This document shows positions 27,902-37,102 of a stretch of 64,000 nucleotides of DNA, in pieces. Both the position numbers and the translations under genes were made by a program. The notes beneath the pieces were generated by a model, which searched no databases, had not been told where the DNA came from, and saw nothing but the letters and a program-made list of their open reading frames with translations. Source of the DNA: an uncultured bacterium (GTDB lineage: Bacteria > Krumholzibacteriota > Krumholzibacteriia > LZORAL124-64-63); NCBI GenBank assembly GCA_963732385.1, contig CAVSZB010000002.1, positions 32,001-96,000 of the forward strand. The letters run 5' to 3'. The number at the start of each line of letters is the position of its first letter. Position 1 is the first letter of the stretch.

Positions 27902-28774
27902 TCAGAGGCTCTCGTAGGGAACGTCGAATGTGTCCCCATCGTCGATCCGGCCACTCTGCAGGCCGCTATTGAACCAGCGCATGCGCTGTGCCGACGTGCC
28001 GTGCGTAAACGCGTGCGGAGTCACCTGGCCCTGGGTGCGGGACTGGATCGCGTCATCGCCAATCTGGTTGGCAGCACGCATTGCTTCCTCGATGTCGCCA
28101 CGGTCCAGGTAGCGCTGGTTGTGCTTCGCCCAGACACCTGCCAGGTAGTCTGCCTGCAGTTCGAGCCGCACTGAATACTGGTTGAAATCCGGCCGGCCAC
28201 GCATGGCCGCCACCTGATCCGATATGCCGAGAAGTTTCTGCACGTGGTGCCCGACCTCGTGCGCGATGACGTAGGCCTGCGCAAAGTCACCCGGCGCATC
28301 AAACTCCTGCTCAAGCGCGGTATAGAAGCCCAGGTCGATGTAGATTTTCTGATCCGCCGGACAATAGAAGGGGCCCATGCGTGCGTCGCCGATGCCGCAG
28401 GCCGTCGGATACTGCCCGCGAAAAACCGTCAGTTCCGGCGGCTTGTACTGCCGTCCGAGTCGCTGAAACTCGTCGGACCAGATGTCCTCGGTGCTGGCGA
28501 GCACCACGCTGACGAAGTTGAACTGCGCCTGCTCCTCCGCGGACGGCTGATACTCCACTTCCCTCAGCTGGCCGCCTCCCATGAGCGCCGCCGGATCCAG
28601 CAGGCCGAGTTGCCAGCCGAGCAGGCCGAGACCGGCCACCACCAGAAGGCCCTTGATGCCCCATCGCTGCCCGACGAAACGCACCAGAAGGCCGAGCGCC
28701 CCGGCCCCCGCAACCATCTTGCGACCGCGGGCATCTTCGACGTTGGTGCTTTGCCTGCGGCCTTTCGTTTCCAT
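27902..28774 (-). CDS. ypfJ: Neutral zinc metallopeptidase (YpfJ family)
   Basis: RRQSTNVEDAR, GPFYCPAD, AHEVGHHVQ, ELQAD, FTHGTSAQR. Confidence 0.9.
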   Translation of the reverse strand: METKGRRQSTNVEDARGRKMVAGAGALGLLVRFVGQRWGIKGLLVVAGLGLLGWQLGLLDPAALMGGGQLREVEYQPSAEEQAQFNFVSVVLASTEDIWSDEFQRLGRQYKPPELTVFRGQYPTACGIGDARMGPFYCPADQKIYIDLGFYTALEQEFDAPGDFAQAYVIAHEVGHHVQKLLGISDQVAAMRGRPDFNQYSVRLELQADYLAGVWAKHNQRYLDRGDIEEAMRAANQIGDDAIQSRTQGQVTPHAFTHGTSAQRMRWFNSGLQSGRIDDGDTFDVPYESL

Positions 28775-28874
28775 TGGGATTGATGTCCTCACGTGGGAGA
28801 CCATGCCGGGCTGATCTCATCCTAGAACTTCGCTGGTCAGGGCGCAAAAGTACCGGCCTGGATCCAGGCCACCC

Positions 28875-30095
28875 CTACTCCTCTTCCGGCTTCAGCGCCT
28901 TGAAGCTGCGATAGAGCGCCAGGTCGTAGATGATCTTCAGGCCGCCGGCGAGCAGGAACGGCGCGTGCATCGACAGGGCCAGCAGGCCACCGCTGAGCGC
29001 GGGCGACAGCGCAGCCCCCAGCGAACGCGCGATCGTCGTTACCCCTGACGCCGCCGAGCGTTCGTCCGGATCGACCACCGCCATGGTGTAGGACTGGCGC
29101 GTCGGCACGTCCATCTGCGAGATCGTGAAGCGCACCAGCAACACGGCCAGCGCCGACGGCAGGCTCGGCATGAAGGGCACCAGGCACAGCAGGATGTTCG
29201 AGGGCAGGTGCGTGAAGACCATCGTGTTGATCAGGCCAAAGCGCGCTGCCAGCCGGCTCGCCAGCAGCGCGGAAGCACCTGCCAGCAGGTTCGCCACGAA
29301 AAACACGCTGCCGAGCACGGCCTCGCTGATGCCGAAGCGCAGATAAAACCAGTAGGCCAGCAGGCTCTGGATCACGAAACCGCCGGCAAAAGCATCGACG
29401 GCAAACAGCGCACTGAGCCGCGCGACCACACCGCGCGAACGGTGCAGGCCCAGCCGTCGTTGCGGCACATCCGGCAACTGCTGGAGTTCAACCCGTGCCG
29501 AGAGACGCAGGAACAGCAGCACCAGCACACCGCCGAGCAGCGCGTAAGTCGCCAGCACGCCCTGGTAGGCGGCCAGTGCGCTCAAGCCCGCATCCTGCAG
29601 ACCGAAGGCCAGCCAGCCGCCGGCCAGCGAACCGCATGCCGTCGCCAGCGATCCCGCCAGGTGATACCAGGCAAACAGCCGCGTGCGGTTCTGGCCCGGC
29701 ACCAGCCCGGTCAGCGCCGCCTGCTCGACAGACAGAAACGGACCGATCTCGTAGCCGCTCGGACTGATCACACCGATGATCGCCGCCAGCGCCAGCAGCA
29801 GCGGCTGATCGGTGAGCACGAAGACCGTGCCCGCCAGCACCATCAGCCCGGCACCCAGCAGCAGTGTGCGGCGTCGGCCAAAGCGGTCGGCGATGGTGGT
29901 CAGCCAGAGCGTGATCGCCGCATCACCCAACAGCGTGGCCGACAGCAGCAGACCGATGCCCCAGTCGCTGAGTCCGCGCGCGGCGAGATAGAGCGCCAGC
30001 ACCACCGACACGAAACCATAGGCGAACAACCGGACGATCCGCGCAGCAAACAGCAACCGGACATCGCCGGACAGGATCGGCAGTCCGGCAGTCAT
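28875..30095 (-). CDS. MFS transporter
   Basis: ADRFGRRR motif A, about 12 TMs, SQMDVPTRQSY. Confidence 0.9.
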   Translation of the reverse strand: MTAGLPILSGDVRLLFAARIVRLFAYGFVSVVLALYLAARGLSDWGIGLLLSATLLGDAAITLWLTTIADRFGRRRTLLLGAGLMVLAGTVFVLTDQPLLLALAAIIGVISPSGYEIGPFLSVEQAALTGLVPGQNRTRLFAWYHLAGSLATACGSLAGGWLAFGLQDAGLSALAAYQGVLATYALLGGVLVLLFLRLSARVELQQLPDVPQRRLGLHRSRGVVARLSALFAVDAFAGGFVIQSLLAYWFYLRFGISEAVLGSVFFVANLLAGASALLASRLAARFGLINTMVFTHLPSNILLCLVPFMPSLPSALAVLLVRFTISQMDVPTRQSYTMAVVDPDERSAASGVTTIARSLGAALSPALSGGLLALSMHAPFLLAGGLKIIYDLALYRSFKALKPEEE

Positions 30096-31058
30096 TCAGG
30101 GTTCCGGAATGGTCCAGAGGTCGCGGGAACGCGGCAGTCGGGTGAGCCAGCGGTCGAACAGCCTGGCGCGCAGCGCCGACCACGCACCGATCACCAGTTC
30201 GCCGAGTTTGCGCGGCGTGCTGACCACGACGCGACGATCCCAGGCCTGCGGTCCGCGCTGCAACACCAGCCGGCCGATCGCCCGGTAGATGCCGAGCGCA
30301 GCAGACACCGCCCAGGCCGACCTGAATGGCAAGGCCTGCAGGCCGCAATCAGCGGACTGGTAGTAGCGCTCGGCCTGCTCCAGCAGGCGGGCGGTGACGC
30401 GGGCAACGGCGGCACGATTGGCCGGCTCCACCAGTGTCGCGGCCGACAGGCCGACCTCGGCAAGCCATGTGGCTGGGAGGTAGCAACGCCCGTTGCCGGC
30501 GTCATCGAGTACATCGCGGGCGATGTTGGTCAACTGGAAGGCGATGCCCAGATCTGCAGCACGCTGCAAGGTGGGCACATCGCGTGCGCCCATGATCTGC
30601 GCCATCATCACGCCGACTACACCGGCAACCCGATAGCAGTAGAGCAGCGTGTCGTCGAAGCTGCGATAGACGTGGTTGCGGACGTCCATCTCGAATCCGG
30701 CCAGCAGCTCCAGCGCATGCCGCTCGGGGATTCCGCACTCCCGGCTCACCCGCTGCAGACCGATGAAGACCGGCTCGCTGAGACTCTCGCCGGCAAAGGC
30801 CCGGTGGGTCTCGTTGCGCAGCCTCTCAAGCCTGGCGGCCGGACTGTCTGCCGAGCCCTGCTCTTCGCGCACCGGCTGCGCCCGGCCGGGCTGCATGCCG
30901 AGATTCTGCCCGTCGATCTGGTCGTCGCAATGGCGGCACCAGGCATAGAGCATCCAGGCATGGTGGCGCGTATCGGCGTCGAAGAGCTTCGCCGCAAGCG
31001 CGAAGCTGCGCGAACCGAGCCGGATCATTTCCCTGCTGTTGGCGACGACTGCGTCCAT
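30096..31058 (-). CDS. crtB: Phytoene synthase
   Basis: GSRSFALAA, YAWCRHCDDQID, YCYRVAGVVG, FQLTNIARDVLDD. Confidence 0.95.
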   Translation of the reverse strand: MDAVVANSREMIRLGSRSFALAAKLFDADTRHHAWMLYAWCRHCDDQIDGQNLGMQPGRAQPVREEQGSADSPAARLERLRNETHRAFAGESLSEPVFIGLQRVSRECGIPERHALELLAGFEMDVRNHVYRSFDDTLLYCYRVAGVVGVMMAQIMGARDVPTLQRAADLGIAFQLTNIARDVLDDAGNGRCYLPATWLAEVGLSAATLVEPANRAAVARVTARLLEQAERYYQSADCGLQALPFRSAWAVSAALGIYRAIGRLVLQRGPQAWDRRVVVSTPRKLGELVIGAWSALRARLFDRWLTRLPRSRDLWTIPEP

Positions 31059-31059
31059 G

Positions 31060-32553
31060 TCAGCGCACTCCCAGATCAGCGAGCATCAGTCCTGCCGTCG
31101 CTTTCGCCGAGCCCACCACACCGGGAATACCGGCGCCCGGATGCGTGCCGGCACCGACGAAATAGAGGTTGCCGATCCGGTCATCGCGATTGTGCACGCG
31201 AAACCAGGCACTCTGCGTGAGCACCGGTTCAAGCGAGAAGGCCGAACCCAGGTGGGCGTTGAGCTCGCTGTGGAAATCCGCCGGCGTGAAGATCCGCGAC
31301 GTCACCAGGTTCTCGCGCAGGCCGGGCATCAACTGCTTCTCGAGTGCCGCCAGGATCCGGTCACGGTAGACGGGACCCATCGTGCTCCAGTCGATCGCCG
31401 CCTTGCCGAGGTTCGGCACCGGCGCCAGCGCATAGAAACCAGCCTGTCCCGGCGGTGCAAGCGAGGGATCGGTGACCGACGGATTGTGCAGGTACAGGGA
31501 GAAGTCGTCGGCCAGCACGCCACGCTCGAAGATATCTGCCAGCAATTCACGATAGCGCGGACCGAACAGCACCGTGTGGTGGGCGAGCTGCGGATACTGC
31601 CGCTTCAGGCCAAAGTGCACGACAAACAGTGAACTGCTGTAGCGGCCGCGCTTCAGCCGGGCGGCCATGGCACGACCGCGATCGGTACCCGCCAGCAGGC
31701 GCGCGTAGGTATGCACCACATCCGCGTTGCTGGCAACGGCATCGGCCATCAGGCTGCTTCCTCCGGACAAGGCCACCCCGGTCACGACACCGTGGCTGAC
31801 CTGTATCTCTTCGACCGGGCAGTTCAGGCGGATTTCACCGCCCAGGTCCTGGAACAGCCGGGCCAGCGCCGCGACCAGCGCGCCGGTGCCACCGCGCGGA
31901 AAGAACACACCCCAGCGGCGCTCCAGCGCATGGATCAGCGCGTAGATCGACGGCACATGAAAGGGATTGCCACCGATCAGCAGCGAATGAAAACTGAAGG
32001 CCTGGCGCAGGTGCGGGTCGCGCATGTAATCCGACACCACCGAATGCACCGAGCGGTGGCTCTTGAGGCGGATAAGCTGTGGTGCGACGCGCAGCATGCT
32101 CCAGATATCCTGGAAAGGCACGGTGCCCAGTTTCAGGTAGCCCTCACGGAACACCTCTTCGGAAAAATCCAGGAAGCGCCGGTAACCATCGGCATCAGCC
32201 GGACTGATGCGTGCGATGGCCGCACTCACCGCATCGACGTCGGCGTTGTATTCGAGGCTGACACCGTCCGGCCAGACCAGGCGATAAAAGGGATCGACCG
32301 GCAGCATGTCGACGTAGTCGCCGATGGCGCGCCCGCTCAGCGCAAACAGCTCCTCGATCGCATTGGGGGCCGTCACGACCGTCGGGCCGGCATCGAAGCG
32401 AAAGCCATCCTGCTCGTAGACATAGGCGCGACCGCCGGGCCGGTCGCGCTGCTCGAGCAGGATCGTGCGCACGCCGGCCGACTGCAGCCGGATGGCCAGC
32501 GCCAGCCCGCCAAAACCGGCACCGATCACTACCACGCGCGGCGGCTGCATCAT
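31060..32553 (-). CDS. crtI: Phytoene desaturase
   Basis: GAGFGGLALAIRLQ, FDAGPTV, GAGTHPGAGIPGVVGSAKATA; ATGA overlap with crtY. Confidence 0.95.
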   Translation of the reverse strand: MMQPPRVVVIGAGFGGLALAIRLQSAGVRTILLEQRDRPGGRAYVYEQDGFRFDAGPTVVTAPNAIEELFALSGRAIGDYVDMLPVDPFYRLVWPDGVSLEYNADVDAVSAAIARISPADADGYRRFLDFSEEVFREGYLKLGTVPFQDIWSMLRVAPQLIRLKSHRSVHSVVSDYMRDPHLRQAFSFHSLLIGGNPFHVPSIYALIHALERRWGVFFPRGGTGALVAALARLFQDLGGEIRLNCPVEEIQVSHGVVTGVALSGGSSLMADAVASNADVVHTYARLLAGTDRGRAMAARLKRGRYSSSLFVVHFGLKRQYPQLAHHTVLFGPRYRELLADIFERGVLADDFSLYLHNPSVTDPSLAPPGQAGFYALAPVPNLGKAAIDWSTMGPVYRDRILAALEKQLMPGLRENLVTSRIFTPADFHSELNAHLGSAFSLEPVLTQSAWFRVHNRDDRIGNLYFVGAGTHPGAGIPGVVGSAKATAGLMLADLGVR

Positions 32554-33725
32554 GCAGCGCCGATCCGGCTGGCCGAAGGCGGCAGGCAACGCAGGGCGCG
32601 CAGCACCGGCACCGGCGGCCTGCCGCTGAGGATCTGCCGCGCGTCATTGAGGCTGATCCGGCCCGCATAGAAACGCTCGATCACCGGCTGGGGCAGGCGA
32701 TAGAAGTGCTGCAACACCCGGTAGCGCTCTGCAGGCGCGGCGGCCAGGAACAGCATGCGGTTCAGCATGCGGAACAGGCGCTGGGCCTGCCAGCGGCGCT
32801 GCGCACGGTCACGGATCCACGGACCGACATGTGCACTGGACAGATCAGCAACGCCGGCCAGATCATCGGCGAGCGCGGCAGCCTCCGGCAGCGAGTAGCC
32901 GGTGGTGTGATGAAACAGCCCGGCGCGCAGACCCGAACGCGGCAATCCGGCATCGGCCAGCGGCCAGAAGCTGTCGAAATCGGCATCGAGAACGATCGGC
33001 AATACACCACGCTCCTCCCGGATAATTTCGCGCGCGCCCCAGCCGCGTGTGGACACATAGCTCTGGATATTAGACCGGAGCGATGCTGCGTCCAGATCCG
33101 GCGTATCGCTGTAGTAGGTGTCTTCGACCAGCAGCCGGTCAGGCCCGAAGGGTAGCAGGTAGACGAAGCGATAGCCGTCCTGCTGCGCCACCGTCGCGTC
33201 CATGAGCAGCGGACCGGTCAGTCCGTGTGGCGCAATGAGCCGCAGCTCCTGGCCGAGAAATTTCTGGTAGCGGAGCACCAGGCCGGCACTCTCGTTGGCG
33301 CCGCGCCCGTCGATCACCAGCCGCGCGCCGAGCGTCTGGCCGTCGGCCAGCTGTACGGTCTGTGGCCCGGTGTGCAGCGCCGGCATTTCGCACCGGATCT
33401 CGACGCCCGGCAAAGCCGACACCGCCTGCGCCAGCTTCGTCGAGCTCAGCGTGTAGTAGCGGCCATCGATGCGCCGCTGCCGCTCGGGGAAGCAAACCTC
33501 GTAGTGCGACCAGCCGTGGTCGGCAAGCGGCAGCAGCCACTCGCGTTCGGCGGGTCGCAGATCGCTGCCATGAAAAGACCAGGTGTGATTGCCGCCGGGT
33601 GCCGGGCCCGCTTCAAGCAGCGTGAGCTTCAGTTCCGGGCGCAGCGCATGCAGCCGCAGGGCAATCAGGCAGTTGGCGAGCCCGCCACCGACCAGCAAGA
33701 CATCGCTGTCGGATCTGCCGCTCAT
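32550..33725 (-). CDS. crtY: Lycopene beta-cyclase
   Basis: GGGLANCLIA, GGNHTWSFH, YQKFLG, MDATVAQQDGYRF, LNRMLF. Confidence 0.95.
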   Translation of the reverse strand: MSGRSDSDVLLVGGGLANCLIALRLHALRPELKLTLLEAGPAPGGNHTWSFHGSDLRPAEREWLLPLADHGWSHYEVCFPERQRRIDGRYYTLSSTKLAQAVSALPGVEIRCEMPALHTGPQTVQLADGQTLGARLVIDGRGANESAGLVLRYQKFLGQELRLIAPHGLTGPLLMDATVAQQDGYRFVYLLPFGPDRLLVEDTYYSDTPDLDAASLRSNIQSYVSTRGWGAREIIREERGVLPIVLDADFDSFWPLADAGLPRSGLRAGLFHHTTGYSLPEAAALADDLAGVADLSSAHVGPWIRDRAQRRWQAQRLFRMLNRMLFLAAAPAERYRVLQHFYRLPQPVIERFYAGRISLNDARQILSGRPPVPVLRALRCLPPSASRIGAA

Positions 33726-34261
33726 TGCGCAAGCAGCTTTTCAATGACCGGCGTGATGCTGGCCTCACGCTCGGCGCTGAAGCGGCCGCGCAGGCGGGTC
33801 ACAAGCGTGCCAGCCTGGTCAAATACCAGCAGGTTCGGTGCCGTCGTATCCAGGCCGTAAGCGCTAGCCCAGCGACGTTCGACATCGATGAGCACCGGCA
33901 CATTGGCAGGCACCCTTTTCTGCAAGGTTGCGCTCACCCGGGCCATGTCGACCGGTCCTCCGGCCGGCAACTGCGCGATGTTCAGAAAGCGCAGCTGGGG
34001 ATAGCGCCCTCCCAGCGCCTCGCCCCAGCGCTGGATGGTCGACAGGCGCCGCACATCGACCACGATCGCCACGACGACCGCACCCCGGTGCGCCGCCAGC
34101 GAACCGGTATTGCCGAACTGGTCGGGCAACGACGCCTCGATGCCTGCCTCCGCAGCCATGCAGCGCACAGCGCACAACACCAGCAGCAGCGTCCCGGCGA
34201 CATGGCGCATGGATGGCAGCGGTGCAACGGGCATGGAGGCACAACGCTCTCGGCGCGCCAC
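33722..34261 (-). CDS. Hypothetical exported protein, possible thioredoxin-like fold without CxxC (start uncertain, possibly 34210)
   Basis: Signal-like segment, LPDQFG...VPVLID...W..YG...LLVFDQAG; ATGA overlap with crtY. Confidence 0.65.
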   Translation of the reverse strand: MARRERCASMPVAPLPSMRHVAGTLLLVLCAVRCMAAEAGIEASLPDQFGNTGSLAAHRGAVVVAIVVDVRRLSTIQRWGEALGGRYPQLRFLNIAQLPAGGPVDMARVSATLQKRVPANVPVLIDVERRWASAYGLDTTAPNLLVFDQAGTLVTRLRGRFSAEREASITPVIEKLLAQ

Positions 34262-34350
34262 GGACGGACGCGATCAGCACATTGTACCGGTGCTGCGCTT
34301 GCTGATGCGCTCAGCGCAGAATATTCAGTACCGGCAAACCCGGCGGTGGC

Positions 34351-34635
34351 TCAGAACTGGAAACGCCAGCCGACATAGACTTCTTCGGAATCGGGATCGA
34401 TGTTGAACTGCAAACCCGGCTGCGGCTCTTCGGGGAGAAATGATTCGCCGACTCGCCGGACGGTCGCCGTGCCCTGCTCCAGCAAGGTCCCCAACAGGTG
34501 CCGGATCTCGAGTTCCCGGGTGCTCATCGTCAAGGCTTCGTCCGGAGCACCCGAAGCCGACTGCAGGTTGTCGGCCATCACGGCTCCCGGCTGCACCAGC
34601 AGTACCGCCACGAACATCGCGCGCAGAACGTTCAT
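34351..34635 (-). CDS. Small exported hypothetical protein ending in a beta-signal-like motif
   Basis: MNVLRAMFVAVLLVQPGAVMA signal; C-terminus EEVYVGWRFQF. Confidence 0.6.
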   Translation of the reverse strand: MNVLRAMFVAVLLVQPGAVMADNLQSASGAPDEALTMSTRELEIRHLLGTLLEQGTATVRRVGESFLPEEPQPGLQFNIDPDSEEVYVGWRFQF

Positions 34636-34810
34636 CAGACACCACCCGATACGGAACCGCGGCCCATTGCGATTCCTCACCCGGCAGCAACCTTAGTCGG
34701 GTGACGGACAGCGAACGCCGACCGCGTTCACTGTTCAGGCGTACATCGGCACGCAAAAACGGATTCGGTAAAACCACGCCCGCATAAGTCAAACGAGCAA
34801 TGCAGCAATG

Positions 34811-34836
34811 AAAAAAGGGAGCTCTCGCTCCCTTTT
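34811..34836 (-). terminator. Rho-independent terminator of hsp20
   Basis: AAAAAAGGGAGC-TCTC-GCTCCCTTTT hairpin with T-tracts on both strands, next to the stop codon. Confidence 0.85.
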
Positions 34837-34839
34837 CTT

Positions 34840-35283
34840 TCAGCGCACCTGGACCTCGATGGGTCTGGGCTTTTTCGCTTCGGTCTTCGGCATGCGCACG
34901 GTCAGCACACCGTCTTTGGCGTCGGCCTGGATCCTCGCCTCATCGACATCCGCCGGCAGACTGAAGCTGCGGGCAAAGCTGCCATAAAAAGACTCGATCC
35001 GGTGATGCTTCTCCTTGTCTTCGCGGGTTTCCAGCCGACGCTCACCGCGAATGGTGATCACGCCTTCGTGCACGGAGACATCGATGTCCTTCTTGTCGAC
35101 CTCGGGCAACTCGGCCTTGATCAGATAGGCCTCCGGCGTTTCCGAGATGTTCGCCACCGGCCGCCATTCAACACTGCTGTCGCCTGCCTCGGCCGCAGGC
35201 CGCGCCGAGCGGCCCAGCACCCGGCTGTACTGGTTGAAAAGGTCGTCCAGTTCGCGCAAGGGGCTCCAACTTACCAGCGTCAT
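34840..35283 (-). CDS. Hsp20/alpha-crystallin small heat shock protein
   Basis: WRPVANISE, AELPEV, YGSFARSFSLP, DGVL. Confidence 0.95.
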   Translation of the reverse strand: MTLVSWSPLRELDDLFNQYSRVLGRSARPAAEAGDSSVEWRPVANISETPEAYLIKAELPEVDKKDIDVSVHEGVITIRGERRLETREDKEKHHRIESFYGSFARSFSLPADVDEARIQADAKDGVLTVRMPKTEAKKPRPIEVQVR

Positions 35284-35339
35284 ACTGCATCCTCCTCATG
35301 GGTTGTCGCGCAACGTAACGCACGTCGCGCATAGGCCAG

Positions 35340-35367
35340 ATGTAGGGGCAATGCCGGTATTTTCAAG
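35340..35367 (-). promoter_or_regulatory. Putative sigma-32 (RpoH) promoter of hsp20
   Basis: Minus strand CTTGAAA-N12-CCCCTACAT resembles the CTTGAA...CCCCATNT consensus. Confidence 0.7.
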
Positions 35368-35376
35368 CCCCGCCGG

Positions 35377-36561
35377 TCAATCCCCCAGCGCGTTGCGCAG
35401 TGCGTCGATCAGGTCATCGGCATCTTCCAGGCCGACCGACAAGCGCACGAGGCCATCGGTGATCCCGACCCGCTGCCGCTCGGCTGCTTCCACATCGGCA
35501 TGGGTCATGGTCACCGGATGGGTGATCAGTGACTCGACGGAACCGAGGTTCTCGGCCAGCGTCCACAGCTTGATGCGATCCATCAGGGCCTTGCCGGCCG
35601 CCACACCGCCCTTGACCTCAAACCAGATCATCGCGCCAAAGCCGGAGGCCTGGCGTTTGGCCAGTTCATGTTGCGGGAAGTTTTCCAGGCCCGGGTAGCT
35701 GACCTGCGCAACCTTCGGATGGGTAGCAAGAAAGCGTGCGATCGCCATGGCATTGGCAGCCTGCCGGTCCATGCGCACGGACAGCGTCTTGCAACCCTGC
35801 AGCGTCAGCCAGGCAACCTGCGGCGACATGATCATGCCGGTGGCGTTCATGATGAAACGCACCGCGCTGCCCTGTGCCTCGTTGCTGACGACGATGGCAC
35901 CGCCGACCGTGGCGTTGTGACCGTCGAAATACTTGGTGGTGCTGTGCACGACCATGTCCGCACCCAGTTCCAGCGGCCGCTGGTAGTACGGCGTCAGAAA
36001 GGTGTTGTCCACCGCATGCGGAATGCCATGTGCACGCGCCAGTGCCGAAACCGCCGCGAGATCGGTGAGCTTGAGCGTGGGATTGGCCGGCGTCTCGGTG
36101 AGGATCAGCTTCGTGTTGCTGCGGATCGCCTTGCGCACGCTGTCGGCATCGGAGGTATCGACGAAGGAAAACTCCACGCCGAAACGCGAATAGATCTTCG
36201 TGCTCAGGCGATAGGTGCCGCCGTAGACCACATCCGAAACGATCGCGTGATCGCCGGCACTCAGGAAGGCGAGGAACAGGCCATTGATGGCCGCCATGCC
36301 GGTACCAAAGCAGATGCAGTCGCTGCCGCCCTCGAGGTCGGTCAGTTTCTGCTCCAGCGCTCGCACGGTCGGATTGGCGGAGCGCGAATAGGAATATCCC
36401 TTTGCCAGGTAACGATCCACCGACTCCTGGACGTAGGTCGTGGTCTGGTAGATCGGCGTGAGAATGGCGCCGGTCAACGGATCCGGCACGACGCCGGCAT
36501 GCACCTGGCGCGTGGTAAATCCGGGCTTGGCCGGTCCGGCGGGACGCTGGTCACTGCTCAT
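35377..36561 (-). CDS. Cys/Met metabolism PLP-dependent enzyme (cystathionine gamma-synthase/lyase family)
   Basis: YSRSANPT, YGGT, ETPANP, DNTF, HSTTKYFDGH, RLSVGLED. Confidence 0.92.
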   Translation of the reverse strand: MSSDQRPAGPAKPGFTTRQVHAGVVPDPLTGAILTPIYQTTTYVQESVDRYLAKGYSYSRSANPTVRALEQKLTDLEGGSDCICFGTGMAAINGLFLAFLSAGDHAIVSDVVYGGTYRLSTKIYSRFGVEFSFVDTSDADSVRKAIRSNTKLILTETPANPTLKLTDLAAVSALARAHGIPHAVDNTFLTPYYQRPLELGADMVVHSTTKYFDGHNATVGGAIVVSNEAQGSAVRFIMNATGMIMSPQVAWLTLQGCKTLSVRMDRQAANAMAIARFLATHPKVAQVSYPGLENFPQHELAKRQASGFGAMIWFEVKGGVAAGKALMDRIKLWTLAENLGSVESLITHPVTMTHADVEAAERQRVGITDGLVRLSVGLEDADDLIDALRNALGD

Positions 36562-36700
36562 GGTCTGGAACTCCTGGCCACCCTGCCCTGCGGCATCCGG
36601 GTGCTTCACGTGGCTTTGGGGCCGCATAGTTTATACGGGAAGCCGCTTGCCCGAGGCCCCTGCTTTGGCCGATCATGAATGCTCTGATGCGGAGGGACAC

Positions 36701-37045
36701 ATGAGCGACAGTGCCTGGCAAGTCTTCAAGGTCGACGAACTGGCCGCGCGGGTTGCCGGGAACGAGCCCCGATTCCTGGAGTTTCTGCGCGTCCCGACGC
36801 TGTCCTGTGCGGTCTACCGGCTGCCCGCCGGGGCACGCGACATGCAGGCCCCGCACCTGGAAGACGAGGTCTATTTCGTGGTCAGCGGCCGGGCCAGGTT
36901 ACGGGTGGCCGGGCAGGACCACGAAGCCGTGCCGGGCAGCATCCTCTACGTCAAAGCCACCTCCGAGCACTCGTTCTTCGATATCGAGGAAGATTTGACG
37001 CTGATCGTGGTCTTCGGGCAAACCAAACCGCTCTGGCAAAGCTAG
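36701..37045 (+). CDS. Cupin domain protein
   Basis: GGAGG RBS; QAPHLEDEVYFV.SG, EHSF. Confidence 0.85.
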   Translation: MSDSAWQVFKVDELAARVAGNEPRFLEFLRVPTLSCAVYRLPAGARDMQAPHLEDEVYFVVSGRARLRVAGQDHEAVPGSILYVKATSEHSFFDIEEDLTLIVVFGQTKPLWQS

Positions 37046-37102
37046 CCGGGTCGTACCGCGCTGGGGACACTGGCAGGATGCGCGCTCGCGTGCTTCCCGC
37101 GA

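Noticed and set aside
25336..27972. 878-aa plus-strand ORF
   Set aside because: Overlaps the TA genes out of frame and is antisense to a clear amidohydrolase.
22321..28774. Prophage, integron or IS-bounded island
   Set aside because: No integrase, transposase, tRNA, attC site or terminal repeat could be identified by eye.
30096..33725. Proteorhodopsin/retinal or photosynthesis gene cluster
   Set aside because: No opsin, blh or bch/puf genes in the window.
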